Of a DNA stretch of 32,000 nt, positions 1 to 7,254 are shown in pieces. The notes under the pieces were generated by a model. That model worked only from the letters and a program-made list of their open reading frames with translations, had not been told where the DNA came from and made no database searches. Within the stretch, counting starts at the first letter, position 1, and every line of letters begins with the position of its first letter. Source of the DNA: Chlamydiales bacterium (GTDB lineage Bacteria; Chlamydiota; Chlamydiia; Chlamydiales; SM23-39); the NCBI GenBank assembly GCA_965261025.1, contig OZ253438.1:240001-272000 (forward strand), read 5' to 3'. Position numbers and translations under genes: made by a program.

Positions 1-1
1 A

Positions 2-160
2 AGAAATATTTTTTCAGGGACTCGATTATTTCAGTCTAAGAGCTATCTACCTTATGTAGGATCTCTTGATGAGAGAGTTAAAATCTTAACAGCTTTTGGT
101 TCCAGAGGTCTTTTATATCATGCTTTTTTTGCGAAAAAACTCGTACAATCTTTAGTATAA
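2..160 (+). CDS. 3' end of a CDS entering from the left edge (partial; function not assignable, possibly FAD-oxidoreductase-like tail)
   Basis: Frame 2 is open from the window edge to TAA at 158-160 (...LTAFGSRGLLYHAFFAKKLVQSLV*). 52 aa is too short for a family call. Confidence 0.3.
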   Translation, partial: RNIFSGTRLFQSKSYLPYVGSLDERVKILTAFGSRGLLYHAFFAKKLVQSLV

Positions 161-166
161 GCCTCT

Positions 167-943
167 ATGGGAAAAAATCGTTTATTATTCTTAGGAACCG
201 GTGCTTCTATGGGGGTTCCTGTGATGGGATGTAAGTGCTCTGTTTGTCTCAGCAAAGACCCTTATAATAAAAGATTTCGTCCTTCTGTTTTTATCCAAAT
301 CCAGGGGAAGAATTTTTTGATTGATGCAGGTCCAGATATACGGGATCAGGCTTTGCTATATGGGATTGATTCTTTAGATGGTCTCATTCTTACCCATATT
401 CACTATGATCATGTAGGAGGACTAGATGAGCTTAGAGCGTTTAATTTTGTACATAAAAAAGGGATTCCCTGTCTTGTTTCCCAAGAAACTAAAAAGGATT
501 TAGAAAAAACAAAGAATCATATGTTTTCCTTTAAGCATGCTACCGGAAAACCTACGGAGCTTTCTTTTCAAGAATTAGAACAGCCGTCCGGAAAAACTTC
601 TTTTTTAGGAGTAGAAATTGCTTATATTAGTTTTTTTCAAAGAGAGGTGAAAGTAAATGGTTTTCGGATAAAGAATATGGCCTATATTTCTGATATTAAG
701 TCGTATGATCCTTCTCTTTTTCCTTTTTTACAAGGAGTGGATATTTTAGTTCTAAGTGTCTTAAAAGAAACCTTTTCCCCCTCTCATTTTTCTCTTGAGG
801 AAGGGGTTTTATTTGCACAAAAAGTAGGAGCCAAAAATACGTATTTTACCCATATTTCCCACGAACTAGACCATCAAAGGACAAGTCAAAAGTTACCTAA
901 AGGAGTAGAGCTTGCCTACGATGGATTGGAGCTTTTTTTTTGA
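167..943 (+). CDS. MBL-fold metallo-hydrolase, PhnP-like
   Basis: 258-aa ORF. HxHxDH metal motif 'LTHIHYDHVGG'. N-terminal 'LGTGASMGVPVMGCKCSVC' Cys cluster as in PhnP-type phosphodiesterases. Confidence 0.8.
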   Translation: MGKNRLLFLGTGASMGVPVMGCKCSVCLSKDPYNKRFRPSVFIQIQGKNFLIDAGPDIRDQALLYGIDSLDGLILTHIHYDHVGGLDELRAFNFVHKKGIPCLVSQETKKDLEKTKNHMFSFKHATGKPTELSFQELEQPSGKTSFLGVEIAYISFFQREVKVNGFRIKNMAYISDIKSYDPSLFPFLQGVDILVLSVLKETFSPSHFSLEEGVLFAQKVGAKNTYFTHISHELDHQRTSQKLPKGVELAYDGLELFF

Positions 944-2271
944 CAAAGCAAGAAGGTTTTAGTGCAAAAATAGGAAGGCTCCAACAGTTTGGTAATCAGG
1001 AAAGAGCTTTACTAGTTGGTATTTTTCGGGCTTTTCAAAAAAAAGAAGAAGGCTGGGAGTTTTTGCAAGAATTAAAAAGGCTTTCTATCACTTATGGGAT
1101 AGATCCTGTAAAAATGCAGCTTTGTCCTTTGAAAAAGGTGAATGCGGCTACTTTTTTAGGGAAAGGAAAGGTTTTAGAGCTGGCTTTAGCAATAGAGCAA
1201 GATAACATTGACCTGGTAATTCTCGATGAGGAAATTTCCCCCCAGCAACAAAGGAATTTAGAAAAAGTCTTTAAAAAACCTGTTGTGGATCGATCTGAGT
1301 TGATATTAGGGGTTTTTGCTAAAAGGGCCCAAACAAAGGAAGCTAGAGTACAAGTAGAGCTGGCTCGATATGAGTATCAACTTCCGAGATTAGCCAAGAT
1401 GTGGGGACATTTGGGAAGGCAAAGAACAGGAGGAAGCTCTTCAGGAAAAGGGGGAGGGTATTTAAGAGGGGAAGGGGAAAAGCAAATTGAGATAGATCGT
1501 AAAATCTTAAAGACAGAGATTGCACATTTAAAAAAACAGCTACAAGAGATTACAAAACATAGGATAAGACAAAGAGAAGCTAGAAAAAGACAAGCCATTC
1601 CTACGTTTGCCTTAATAGGCTATACCAATGCAGGAAAGTCCACTTTGCTAAATGCCCTTACGGAAGCAGGTGTATTTGTACAGGATACGCTATTTGCTAC
1701 TTTGGATACGAAAACTTGTCAGTATCAGCTCCCTTCCCAGAATAAAATTCTTTTAATCGATACAGTAGGATTTATCCGAAAATTACCTCACCATCTAGTG
1801 GCTTCTTTCAAGAGTACCTTAGAAGAGCTTACCTATGCAGATGCTTTTTTACACGTGATAGATGCCTCCGACTCTGCTAGTCAAGAACAGGCAAAAGTGG
1901 CTTTACACCTGTTAAAGGAATTTCGAGTAGAAGATAAGCCTGTAATTACAGTTTTCAACAAAATGGATAGTCCCCTTCAAAAATCTGGCCTTTTTCCCCT
2001 TTTCTATTCTTCAAAAAATAGTGTGAAAGTTTCTGCTAAGAAAAAGGAGGGATTTGACAACTTGATTCAGAAAATGGAAAGGATTATCTCTTCTTTTCGC
2101 AAGAAGGTGAAGCTGCGTCTTCCTCAAAAAGAATACTCCTTTTTATGCAGGTTAAAAGAGCAGGGAAAGGTCGAAAAGGTAGAATATGAGGGAAACGACA
2201 TCATTTTTACCATTGAGCTTCCCAAGTCCTGGTTAGGTAAAGTAAAGCCTTATCTAGAAAAAGGGTATTAG
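940..2271 (+). CDS. hflX: GTPase HflX
   Basis: 443 aa. TTG start overlaps the upstream TGA. G1 'GYTNAGKSTLLNALT', G3 'DTVGF', G4 'NKMD'. Gly-rich HflX N-domain segment 'GGSSSGKGGGYLRGEGEKQIEIDR'. Confidence 0.9.
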   Translation: MTKQEGFSAKIGRLQQFGNQERALLVGIFRAFQKKEEGWEFLQELKRLSITYGIDPVKMQLCPLKKVNAATFLGKGKVLELALAIEQDNIDLVILDEEISPQQQRNLEKVFKKPVVDRSELILGVFAKRAQTKEARVQVELARYEYQLPRLAKMWGHLGRQRTGGSSSGKGGGYLRGEGEKQIEIDRKILKTEIAHLKKQLQEITKHRIRQREARKRQAIPTFALIGYTNAGKSTLLNALTEAGVFVQDTLFATLDTKTCQYQLPSQNKILLIDTVGFIRKLPHHLVASFKSTLEELTYADAFLHVIDASDSASQEQAKVALHLLKEFRVEDKPVITVFNKMDSPLQKSGLFPLFYSSKNSVKVSAKKKEGFDNLIQKMERIISSFRKKVKLRLPQKEYSFLCRLKEQGKVEKVEYEGNDIIFTIELPKSWLGKVKPYLEKGY

Positions 2272-2861
2272 AAAAAATATTTTTTTACCAAATCTATAAC
2301 CCCTTTTGCAAACATTTGCACTCCTATAAGACTAACGATCATACCTCCTAATCTCTCTACAGCTTTAAGTCCTTTTTCTCCTACGAATTTTTTTAGATAG
2401 GAAGAAATCAGCAAAATTAGCAAAGAAAGCGTCCAAGCTAAAAAAGTAGCTGCTGCTACAGTAAAAGGATTTCCTACTTTTTCCGCATAAACCATAACCA
2501 TAGCAATAGAGCCGGGTCCTGCCATAACAGGAATGGCTATAGGTACCACCAAAGGTTCATGTTTAGGCAGTCCAGAGGTATCTGGATCTTTGGGAAAAAT
2601 CATAGTTAAAGAGATGATGAAAAGAAGGATTCCTCCTGAAATACCGATAGCAGAATTATCTATTCCTAAAACCCCTAAAATCCAGTTACCAAAGAAAATG
2701 AAGAGAAGTAAGATCGCTAAGGCAATAGAAAGCTCTCGGAAAATGATCTTTCGCTGTCTTTTAAGATCATACGGAGACAAAATAGCAAGGAATAAGGGAA
2801 TCTGTCCCAGGGCATTTAATATGAAAAAAATGGAGAAGGCAACATTGACAAAGCTCAGCAT
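2268..2861 (-). CDS. MarC/UPF0056 family integral membrane protein
   Basis: The ORF track extends to 3017 from an alternative start. ATG at 2861 gives 197 aa starting MLSFVNVAFSIFFILNALGQIPLF, a typical MarC N-terminus, with multiple hydrophobic segments. The stop overlaps the hflX stop (TTAG). Confidence 0.75.
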   Translation of the reverse strand: MLSFVNVAFSIFFILNALGQIPLFLAILSPYDLKRQRKIIFRELSIALAILLLFIFFGNWILGVLGIDNSAIGISGGILLFIISLTMIFPKDPDTSGLPKHEPLVVPIAIPVMAGPGSIAMVMVYAEKVGNPFTVAAATFLAWTLSLLILLISSYLKKFVGEKGLKAVERLGGMIVSLIGVQMFAKGVIDLVKKYFF

Positions 2862-3084
2862 AAAAATTCCTATTTTTGGTGAGCTCCTATGATAGAGAGT
2901 AGGAGTTTTAATTTCTACTAAAAGGGATAAAAATACAGAGGCTTTTTTTCTTTTAACCCTTTTATTTTCAAAGGGAAAACAGAAACTTTTAGGGAAGGTA
3001 AAATTTTTTCGTGACAAACCTCTTTATTTGAAGTACCATAGGTTTAAAGGTGACTTGCCTTAGAATAGATACTTGGGGGTTTTC

Positions 3085-3351
3085 ATGAAATGTATCAGGT
3101 TTTTGGCTCTACTTCTAGTTATTATAGGCGCTCTTAACTGGGGACTTTGGGGTTTTTTTCAGTATGATGTAGTTGCGGCCTTATTTGGAGGTCCTTCTTC
3201 TGGAATTTCTAGATTAATTTATTCTTTAGTAGGAATTGCAGGGCTGTATGGAATTAGTTTTTTCTTTCATCATTGCTCTAGTTCTTCTTCTGGTTGCTGC
3301 TCTTCTGGAGAAAATAATCAGAATAATCAGAACAATCAAAATAAGCAGTAA
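3085..3351 (+). CDS. DUF378-family small membrane protein with Ser/Cys- and Asn/Gln-rich tail
   Basis: MKCIRFLALLLVIIGALNWGLWGFFQYDVV...RLIYSLVGIAGLYG matches the DUF378 two-TM pattern. ATG at 3085 is preferred over TTG at 3073. Confidence 0.7.
   Translation: MKCIRFLALLLVIIGALNWGLWGFFQYDVVAALFGGPSSGISRLIYSLVGIAGLYGISFFFHHCSSSSSGCCSSGENNQNNQNNQNKQ
3313..3348 (+). repeat. 4 x 9-bp imperfect tandem repeat (aataatcag/aataatcag/aacaatcaa/aataagcag) encoding NNQNNQNNQNKQ
   Basis: Read directly from the sequence at the 3' end of the DUF378 gene. Confidence 0.8.
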
Positions 3352-3362
3352 TTAGGGTCTTC

Positions 3363-3391
3363 AAGGAGGGGAGTGTTTCTCCTCCTTTTTT
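3363..3391 (+). terminator. Rho-independent terminator candidate
   Basis: Stem AAGGAGG (3363-3369) pairs with CCTCCTT (3381-3387). Loop is 11 nt, followed by a T-run to 3391. It abuts the next ATG (3392). Confidence 0.55.
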
Positions 3392-4222
3392 ATGCAAATT
3401 CTTTGTTCTTCTGGATTTATAGGTTCTTATCTCTCTTCTTCTTTTTCCAAGCAGGGGCACAGCATAGTCCTTCTTCGTAGGAGTGATTTTTTGCTGGATC
3501 CAAGGCTTTTAGCGAAGAAAATAGAAAACTGTGAAGTCATTATCAATTTAGTGGGGGAAAGTCTTTTTTCCTTTTGGGGAGTTCACAAAAAAAAGAGAAT
3601 TTTAGAAAGTCGTCTTTTTTCTACGGAGAAACTAGTAAAAGCCTTCGGATTTTTAGAAAAGAAACCTTCTGTATTTCTCTCAGCATCTGCAGTAGGGTAT
3701 TACGGGAATAGAGAAGAGGTTCTGACAGAGCAGAGTAAAGAGGGGGCTACCTTTTTAGCCTTCGTATGCAAGGAGTGGGAAGCAAAAGCAAAAGAGGCTG
3801 AAAAGTTGGGGATAAGAACCGTTTTCTTACGTTTTGGAGTAGTTTTGGGAAGAGGAGGCTTTTTGCAAAAGAGTGCTTTTTTTGCAAAACTAGGCCTTTA
3901 CCCCATCTTAGGAGAAGGAGATCAGTATATGAGTTGGATAGATATAGAAGATCTTTTTCGAGCCCTTGGTTTTATAATAAAAACCCCTTCTTTACGTGGA
4001 GCTGTGAATCTTTGTTCTCCTTTTTTTCTCTCCCAAGGGGAGTGTGCTGATATTTTAAATGGGAAAAAAACTTCGTGTAGGATACCTTCTTTTTTATTTA
4101 GAGGTTTTTTAAGAGAATTTTTATTCTCCAGTCAAAAAGTGTTTCCTGAAAAGCTTTTACGGGAGGAGTTTGTATTTAAGTTTCCTCATTTTACAGAGTC
4201 TTTTACAAAATATAAGGTCTAA
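3392..4222 (+). CDS. Epimerase-family protein, YfcH/SDR39U1-like (DUF1731 C-terminus)
   Basis: 276 aa. N-terminus 'ILCSSGFIGSYL' aligns to the Rossmann GxxGxxG. 'SWIDIEDL' and the C-terminal 'EEFVFKFPHFTESF' resemble TIGR01777-type proteins. Confidence 0.7.
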   Translation: MQILCSSGFIGSYLSSSFSKQGHSIVLLRRSDFLLDPRLLAKKIENCEVIINLVGESLFSFWGVHKKKRILESRLFSTEKLVKAFGFLEKKPSVFLSASAVGYYGNREEVLTEQSKEGATFLAFVCKEWEAKAKEAEKLGIRTVFLRFGVVLGRGGFLQKSAFFAKLGLYPILGEGDQYMSWIDIEDLFRALGFIIKTPSLRGAVNLCSPFFLSQGECADILNGKKTSCRIPSFLFRGFLREFLFSSQKVFPEKLLREEFVFKFPHFTESFTKYKV

Positions 4223-4228
4223 GAATAT

Positions 4229-4828
4229 ATGCAAAAAAAGAAGATAAATCCCTGGTTTGCTATGTGGTTTTTTCCCAGGGAAGCTATAAGGGTTGTTTTA
4301 GATACCAGTCCGAAGAGAGGATTTTTTTTTCTTGCCTTCCTCACGGGACTGTGTCAGAGCGGAAGATATATTTATACTCTTTTTTCCACGAAGGAAATCC
4401 CTTTCATCTATCTGGTTCTTTCCTTAGTGGCTGCTTTTGTTTTTGGGATATTGTTTCTTTTAATGGAGGCAACATGTATCTATTTTACGGGAAAAATAAT
4501 AAAGGGAAAAGCTAGGTGGATTGAACTTTTAGCGGCGGTGAGCTGGGCTAAGCTTCCTTTGTTTTTGCTCGTGGTGCTTGGTCCTCTGTTTTTCCTTATA
4601 CCCCAACCCCATCCTGTGGGAATTATCTACTCTATATTGACTACTTTTGCTGTTTTTTTTGTTTTAATTGACTCTATTTGCATTTGGCTTGCCAATGTTT
4701 CCGAAGTGCAGCGTTTTTCCAAGAAAAAAGCTTTTGTAAACTGGCTTTTTTCTCTAATTTTGTACTTGATTTTTTGGGTGGTGGTAGCAATTTTTGCAGC
4801 AGTTTTAATAAACCCCTCTGTTAGGTAG
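4229..4828 (+). CDS. Yip1-domain integral membrane protein
   Basis: 199 aa. 'INPWFAMWFFPREAIRVVLD' N-terminus followed by about 5 hydrophobic segments, the usual bacterial Yip1-family layout. Confidence 0.55.
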   Translation: MQKKKINPWFAMWFFPREAIRVVLDTSPKRGFFFLAFLTGLCQSGRYIYTLFSTKEIPFIYLVLSLVAAFVFGILFLLMEATCIYFTGKIIKGKARWIELLAAVSWAKLPLFLLVVLGPLFFLIPQPHPVGIIYSILTTFAVFFVLIDSICIWLANVSEVQRFSKKKAFVNWLFSLILYLIFWVVVAIFAAVLINPSVR

Positions 4829-4847
4829 AGAAAACCACGTCTTTATG

Positions 4848-5750
4848 CTACCGTATCTCAGAGCCAATCTCTTGAAATGTTTTAAAGTGAGTTTTACAGA
4901 CGCTTTTTAAGGTTTCTATTCCTTTAGTTAAGAAAATAGTTTTTCCCGCTTCAAAAACTTTAGAAGAGGCTCCTTTTGGTAGCAGAATTCCGCACTCTTC
5001 TGAGAGCTTTTCTAGTCCTTGCAGGAAGTACATTCTTGCCAAAATAGAAGCTGCGGCTACTACTACATCACTTTCAGCCCGCACTACTTGTTTAATTTCT
5101 AGGTTCAGTTTTTTTTTCTTCACCATGTTTTCTATGACGAAATCTTGAGCAAAGCGGTCTATAATGACGGAAGAGCAGCCTGATTTTTGAAAGAGCGCCT
5201 CAACGCAAGATACATGTCCCCAAGCCAAGAGATAGTTGAGATTTTTCATTTTTGCATAGAGTTCATTATATTTTGGGGGAAATAAAGAAATAGAATGAAA
5301 AGAAATAAGGGCTTGGATTTTTTTTCCTAACAGTAAAATGGATTTATCTGAAAAAGTTTTACTGTCTCTTACTCCTAGTTCTACTAGTTTTTGTATATCA
5401 GAGGCGTTAGCAAAAACCCCTACCACACAAAGAGGACCAAAAAAATCTCCTTTACCTGCTTCATCCACGCCTATTCTCGGAGAAAGATCCAAATTTACCT
5501 GCGGATAACTATAGGAGAAGTTTTGTAAAATCTCCGGTTCTAAATAAAACTCAATAAAAGCATCCTTTTCTTTTCCTTGAACTGTTAGAGCTCCGGATTC
5601 ATACAGGGTCAGAGAAATCCCTTTTTTTTGTGCTTGGAAAAGAGTGTGAGCCGGCTTTTTCAAAGAAAAATCCTGAGCAATAAGATCGTGTTTCAATTTT
5701 TCTGATAAAGCAAGATCAATCTTTGTAGAGAAACAGGCTGGTTTTTTCAT
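4848..5750 (-). CDS. rnhC: Ribonuclease HIII
   Basis: 300 aa. Catalytic 'GVDEAGKGDFFGPL'. N-terminal about 85-aa extra domain ending 'YESGALTVQGKE', typical of HIII rather than HII. Confidence 0.85.
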   Translation of the reverse strand: MKKPACFSTKIDLALSEKLKHDLIAQDFSLKKPAHTLFQAQKKGISLTLYESGALTVQGKEKDAFIEFYLEPEILQNFSYSYPQVNLDLSPRIGVDEAGKGDFFGPLCVVGVFANASDIQKLVELGVRDSKTFSDKSILLLGKKIQALISFHSISLFPPKYNELYAKMKNLNYLLAWGHVSCVEALFQKSGCSSVIIDRFAQDFVIENMVKKKKLNLEIKQVVRAESDVVVAAASILARMYFLQGLEKLSEECGILLPKGASSKVFEAGKTIFLTKGIETLKSVCKTHFKTFQEIGSEIR

Positions 5751-5858
5751 AACTATTTTTGGATGATCTATTGGACTTAGATTATAGCGTAGAAAAAGGT
5801 TTGAAGAAATGGATTTTGCGTCAAATCGAAGAAAAATGGTAAAATAGGGTTAAAGGGT

Positions 5859-6275
5859 ATGTTTATGTCAGAAGGATTAAAAGAAATTGGAAGAAAATTT
5901 CGCTCTAAAAGAGAAGAGATGCACCTTTCTTTGAAAGAGGTAGAAAATGCTACCTCTATTCGACAAACTTATTTAGAATCTATTGAAGAAGGTAACTCAG
6001 CGCACTTTCTTTCTCCTGTATACACTATAGGCTTTATAAAGCAGTACGCAGCTTTTTTAGGTTTTGATGGGGAAAGGATTGTGAAAGAATATCCCCAGGC
6101 TTTTAAAATCCTCAATCAAGACAAGCAAAGTTTTGATTATGGTATTGGCACTTTAGAAGTAAGAGGTTCCCATCAAAGAGGAATGAAAAAAGCTCAGAAT
6201 CTTTTTTGGGTAGGAATCGCTCTTTTAGTTCTTTTAGGAGCTTGGTACTTTGGTAGGTGGATTGGAGTTTTTTAG
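5859..6275 (+). CDS. rodZ: RodZ-like HTH (XRE-type) single-pass membrane protein
   Basis: 138 aa. 'IGRKFRSKREEMHLSLKEVENATSIRQTYLESIEEGN' is an HTH_25/RodZ N-domain. C-terminal TM 'LFWVGIALLVLLGAWYF'. Size matches short chlamydial RodZ. Confidence 0.65.
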   Translation: MFMSEGLKEIGRKFRSKREEMHLSLKEVENATSIRQTYLESIEEGNSAHFLSPVYTIGFIKQYAAFLGFDGERIVKEYPQAFKILNQDKQSFDYGIGTLEVRGSHQRGMKKAQNLFWVGIALLVLLGAWYFGRWIGVF

Positions 6276-7193
6276 GTGTCCTTGCTAAAGGTTTTTTCCC
6301 TTGGGATTTTGATGGGTCTTGCCGATTTAATTCCTGGGATTTCTGGAGGGACGATAGCCTTTATATTGGGATTTTATCAAAGACTTATTCAAAGTCTTGC
6401 TACCTTTTCTCCTAGCCAGTTGGTTTTTTTTCTAAGAAAAAGGCATTTTTCTAAAGAGTTATCTGAGTCGTTCCTTTTTTTATTTTCTCTTTTTTCAGGA
6501 ATGGGGCTCTCCTTACTTTTTTTTTCTTATTGGGTGCTTTCTTTATTTCAAGATCCTCTGTACAGAGTATATTTATATTCTTTCTTCTTTGGAGTTGTAT
6601 TAGGCTCTATTCGCCATAGGAAAAAGAGGGTCTTATTATGGAATAAAAAGCGGTTTTTCTTTTTTACTTTGGGGTTTTTTTTCTCTTTTTCTATTACTTT
6701 TCTGCAAGGAAAAAATTTTCTTTCCTGGGAATCAGGGCGCTTTTCTTTTTTTCTAGTTTTAGCAGGGGCTCTGACTATATTTGCGATGCTGCTTCCTGGA
6801 ATTTCGGGGAGTTATATTCTCCTTCTTTTGGGTCTGTATGTACCTTCTTTAAAAGCCCTTTCTTCGTTATGGAGTTTGCGAATTGATTCTTTTCTTTTTT
6901 TGATTCAGTTGGGAATAGGTGCTTTTTTGGGCTTTTTTTTCTTTGCTCATATGTTTTCTTATTTAAATAAACGCTATCGAGAAAACCTAGAAGCAAATCT
7001 TCTGGGTTTTTTATTAGGTTCTTTAGGTTTTATTTGGCCTTATGGTTCTTATATACATTCTTTACATGGCAGTGAAGGGATAATCTTAAACAACCATCAA
7101 CTGGTATTTTCTGTTTTATTTCTATTAGCGGGATATTTTTTATTACAACGCACCCATAAAAAAGCAGAAAAAACTCTACCTTTGATAGAATAA
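6276..7193 (+). CDS. DUF368 family membrane protein (PopT-type polyprenyl-phosphate transporter family)
   Basis: 305 aa. GTG start lies directly after the rodZ-like stop. Duplicated signature 'LIPGISGGTIAFILG' / 'LLPGISGSYILLLLG'. Confidence 0.8.
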   Translation: MSLLKVFSLGILMGLADLIPGISGGTIAFILGFYQRLIQSLATFSPSQLVFFLRKRHFSKELSESFLFLFSLFSGMGLSLLFFSYWVLSLFQDPLYRVYLYSFFFGVVLGSIRHRKKRVLLWNKKRFFFFTLGFFFSFSITFLQGKNFLSWESGRFSFFLVLAGALTIFAMLLPGISGSYILLLLGLYVPSLKALSSLWSLRIDSFLFLIQLGIGAFLGFFFFAHMFSYLNKRYRENLEANLLGFLLGSLGFIWPYGSYIHSLHGSEGIILNNHQLVFSVLFLLAGYFLLQRTHKKAEKTLPLIE

Positions 7194-7254
7194 GGCCCTT
7201 GCATAAAAGAATAGGGATCTTTATTCTTCGGCAAAAGCAATTTGAGGAAAGCCT

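Noticed and set aside
1343-1598. Two antisense ORFs (60 and 73 aa) inside hflX.
   Set aside because: They are fully nested antisense to a strongly supported gene and rich in Leu/Phe/Ser, as expected from the complement of AT-rich coding sequence. The same reasoning applies to 2533-2892, 3278-3460, 4264-4515, 6775-6996, 8475-8663, 9901-10116 and 10603-10809.
7207-7228. Hairpin AAGAATA-N8-TATTCTT after the DUF368 gene, considered as a terminator.
   Set aside because: The stem is 7 bp and AT-rich, and no T-tract follows (cggcaaaag). Evidence was insufficient. The GGG...CCC+T7 element at about 9192-9210 after pkn1 was likewise too weak (3-bp stem).
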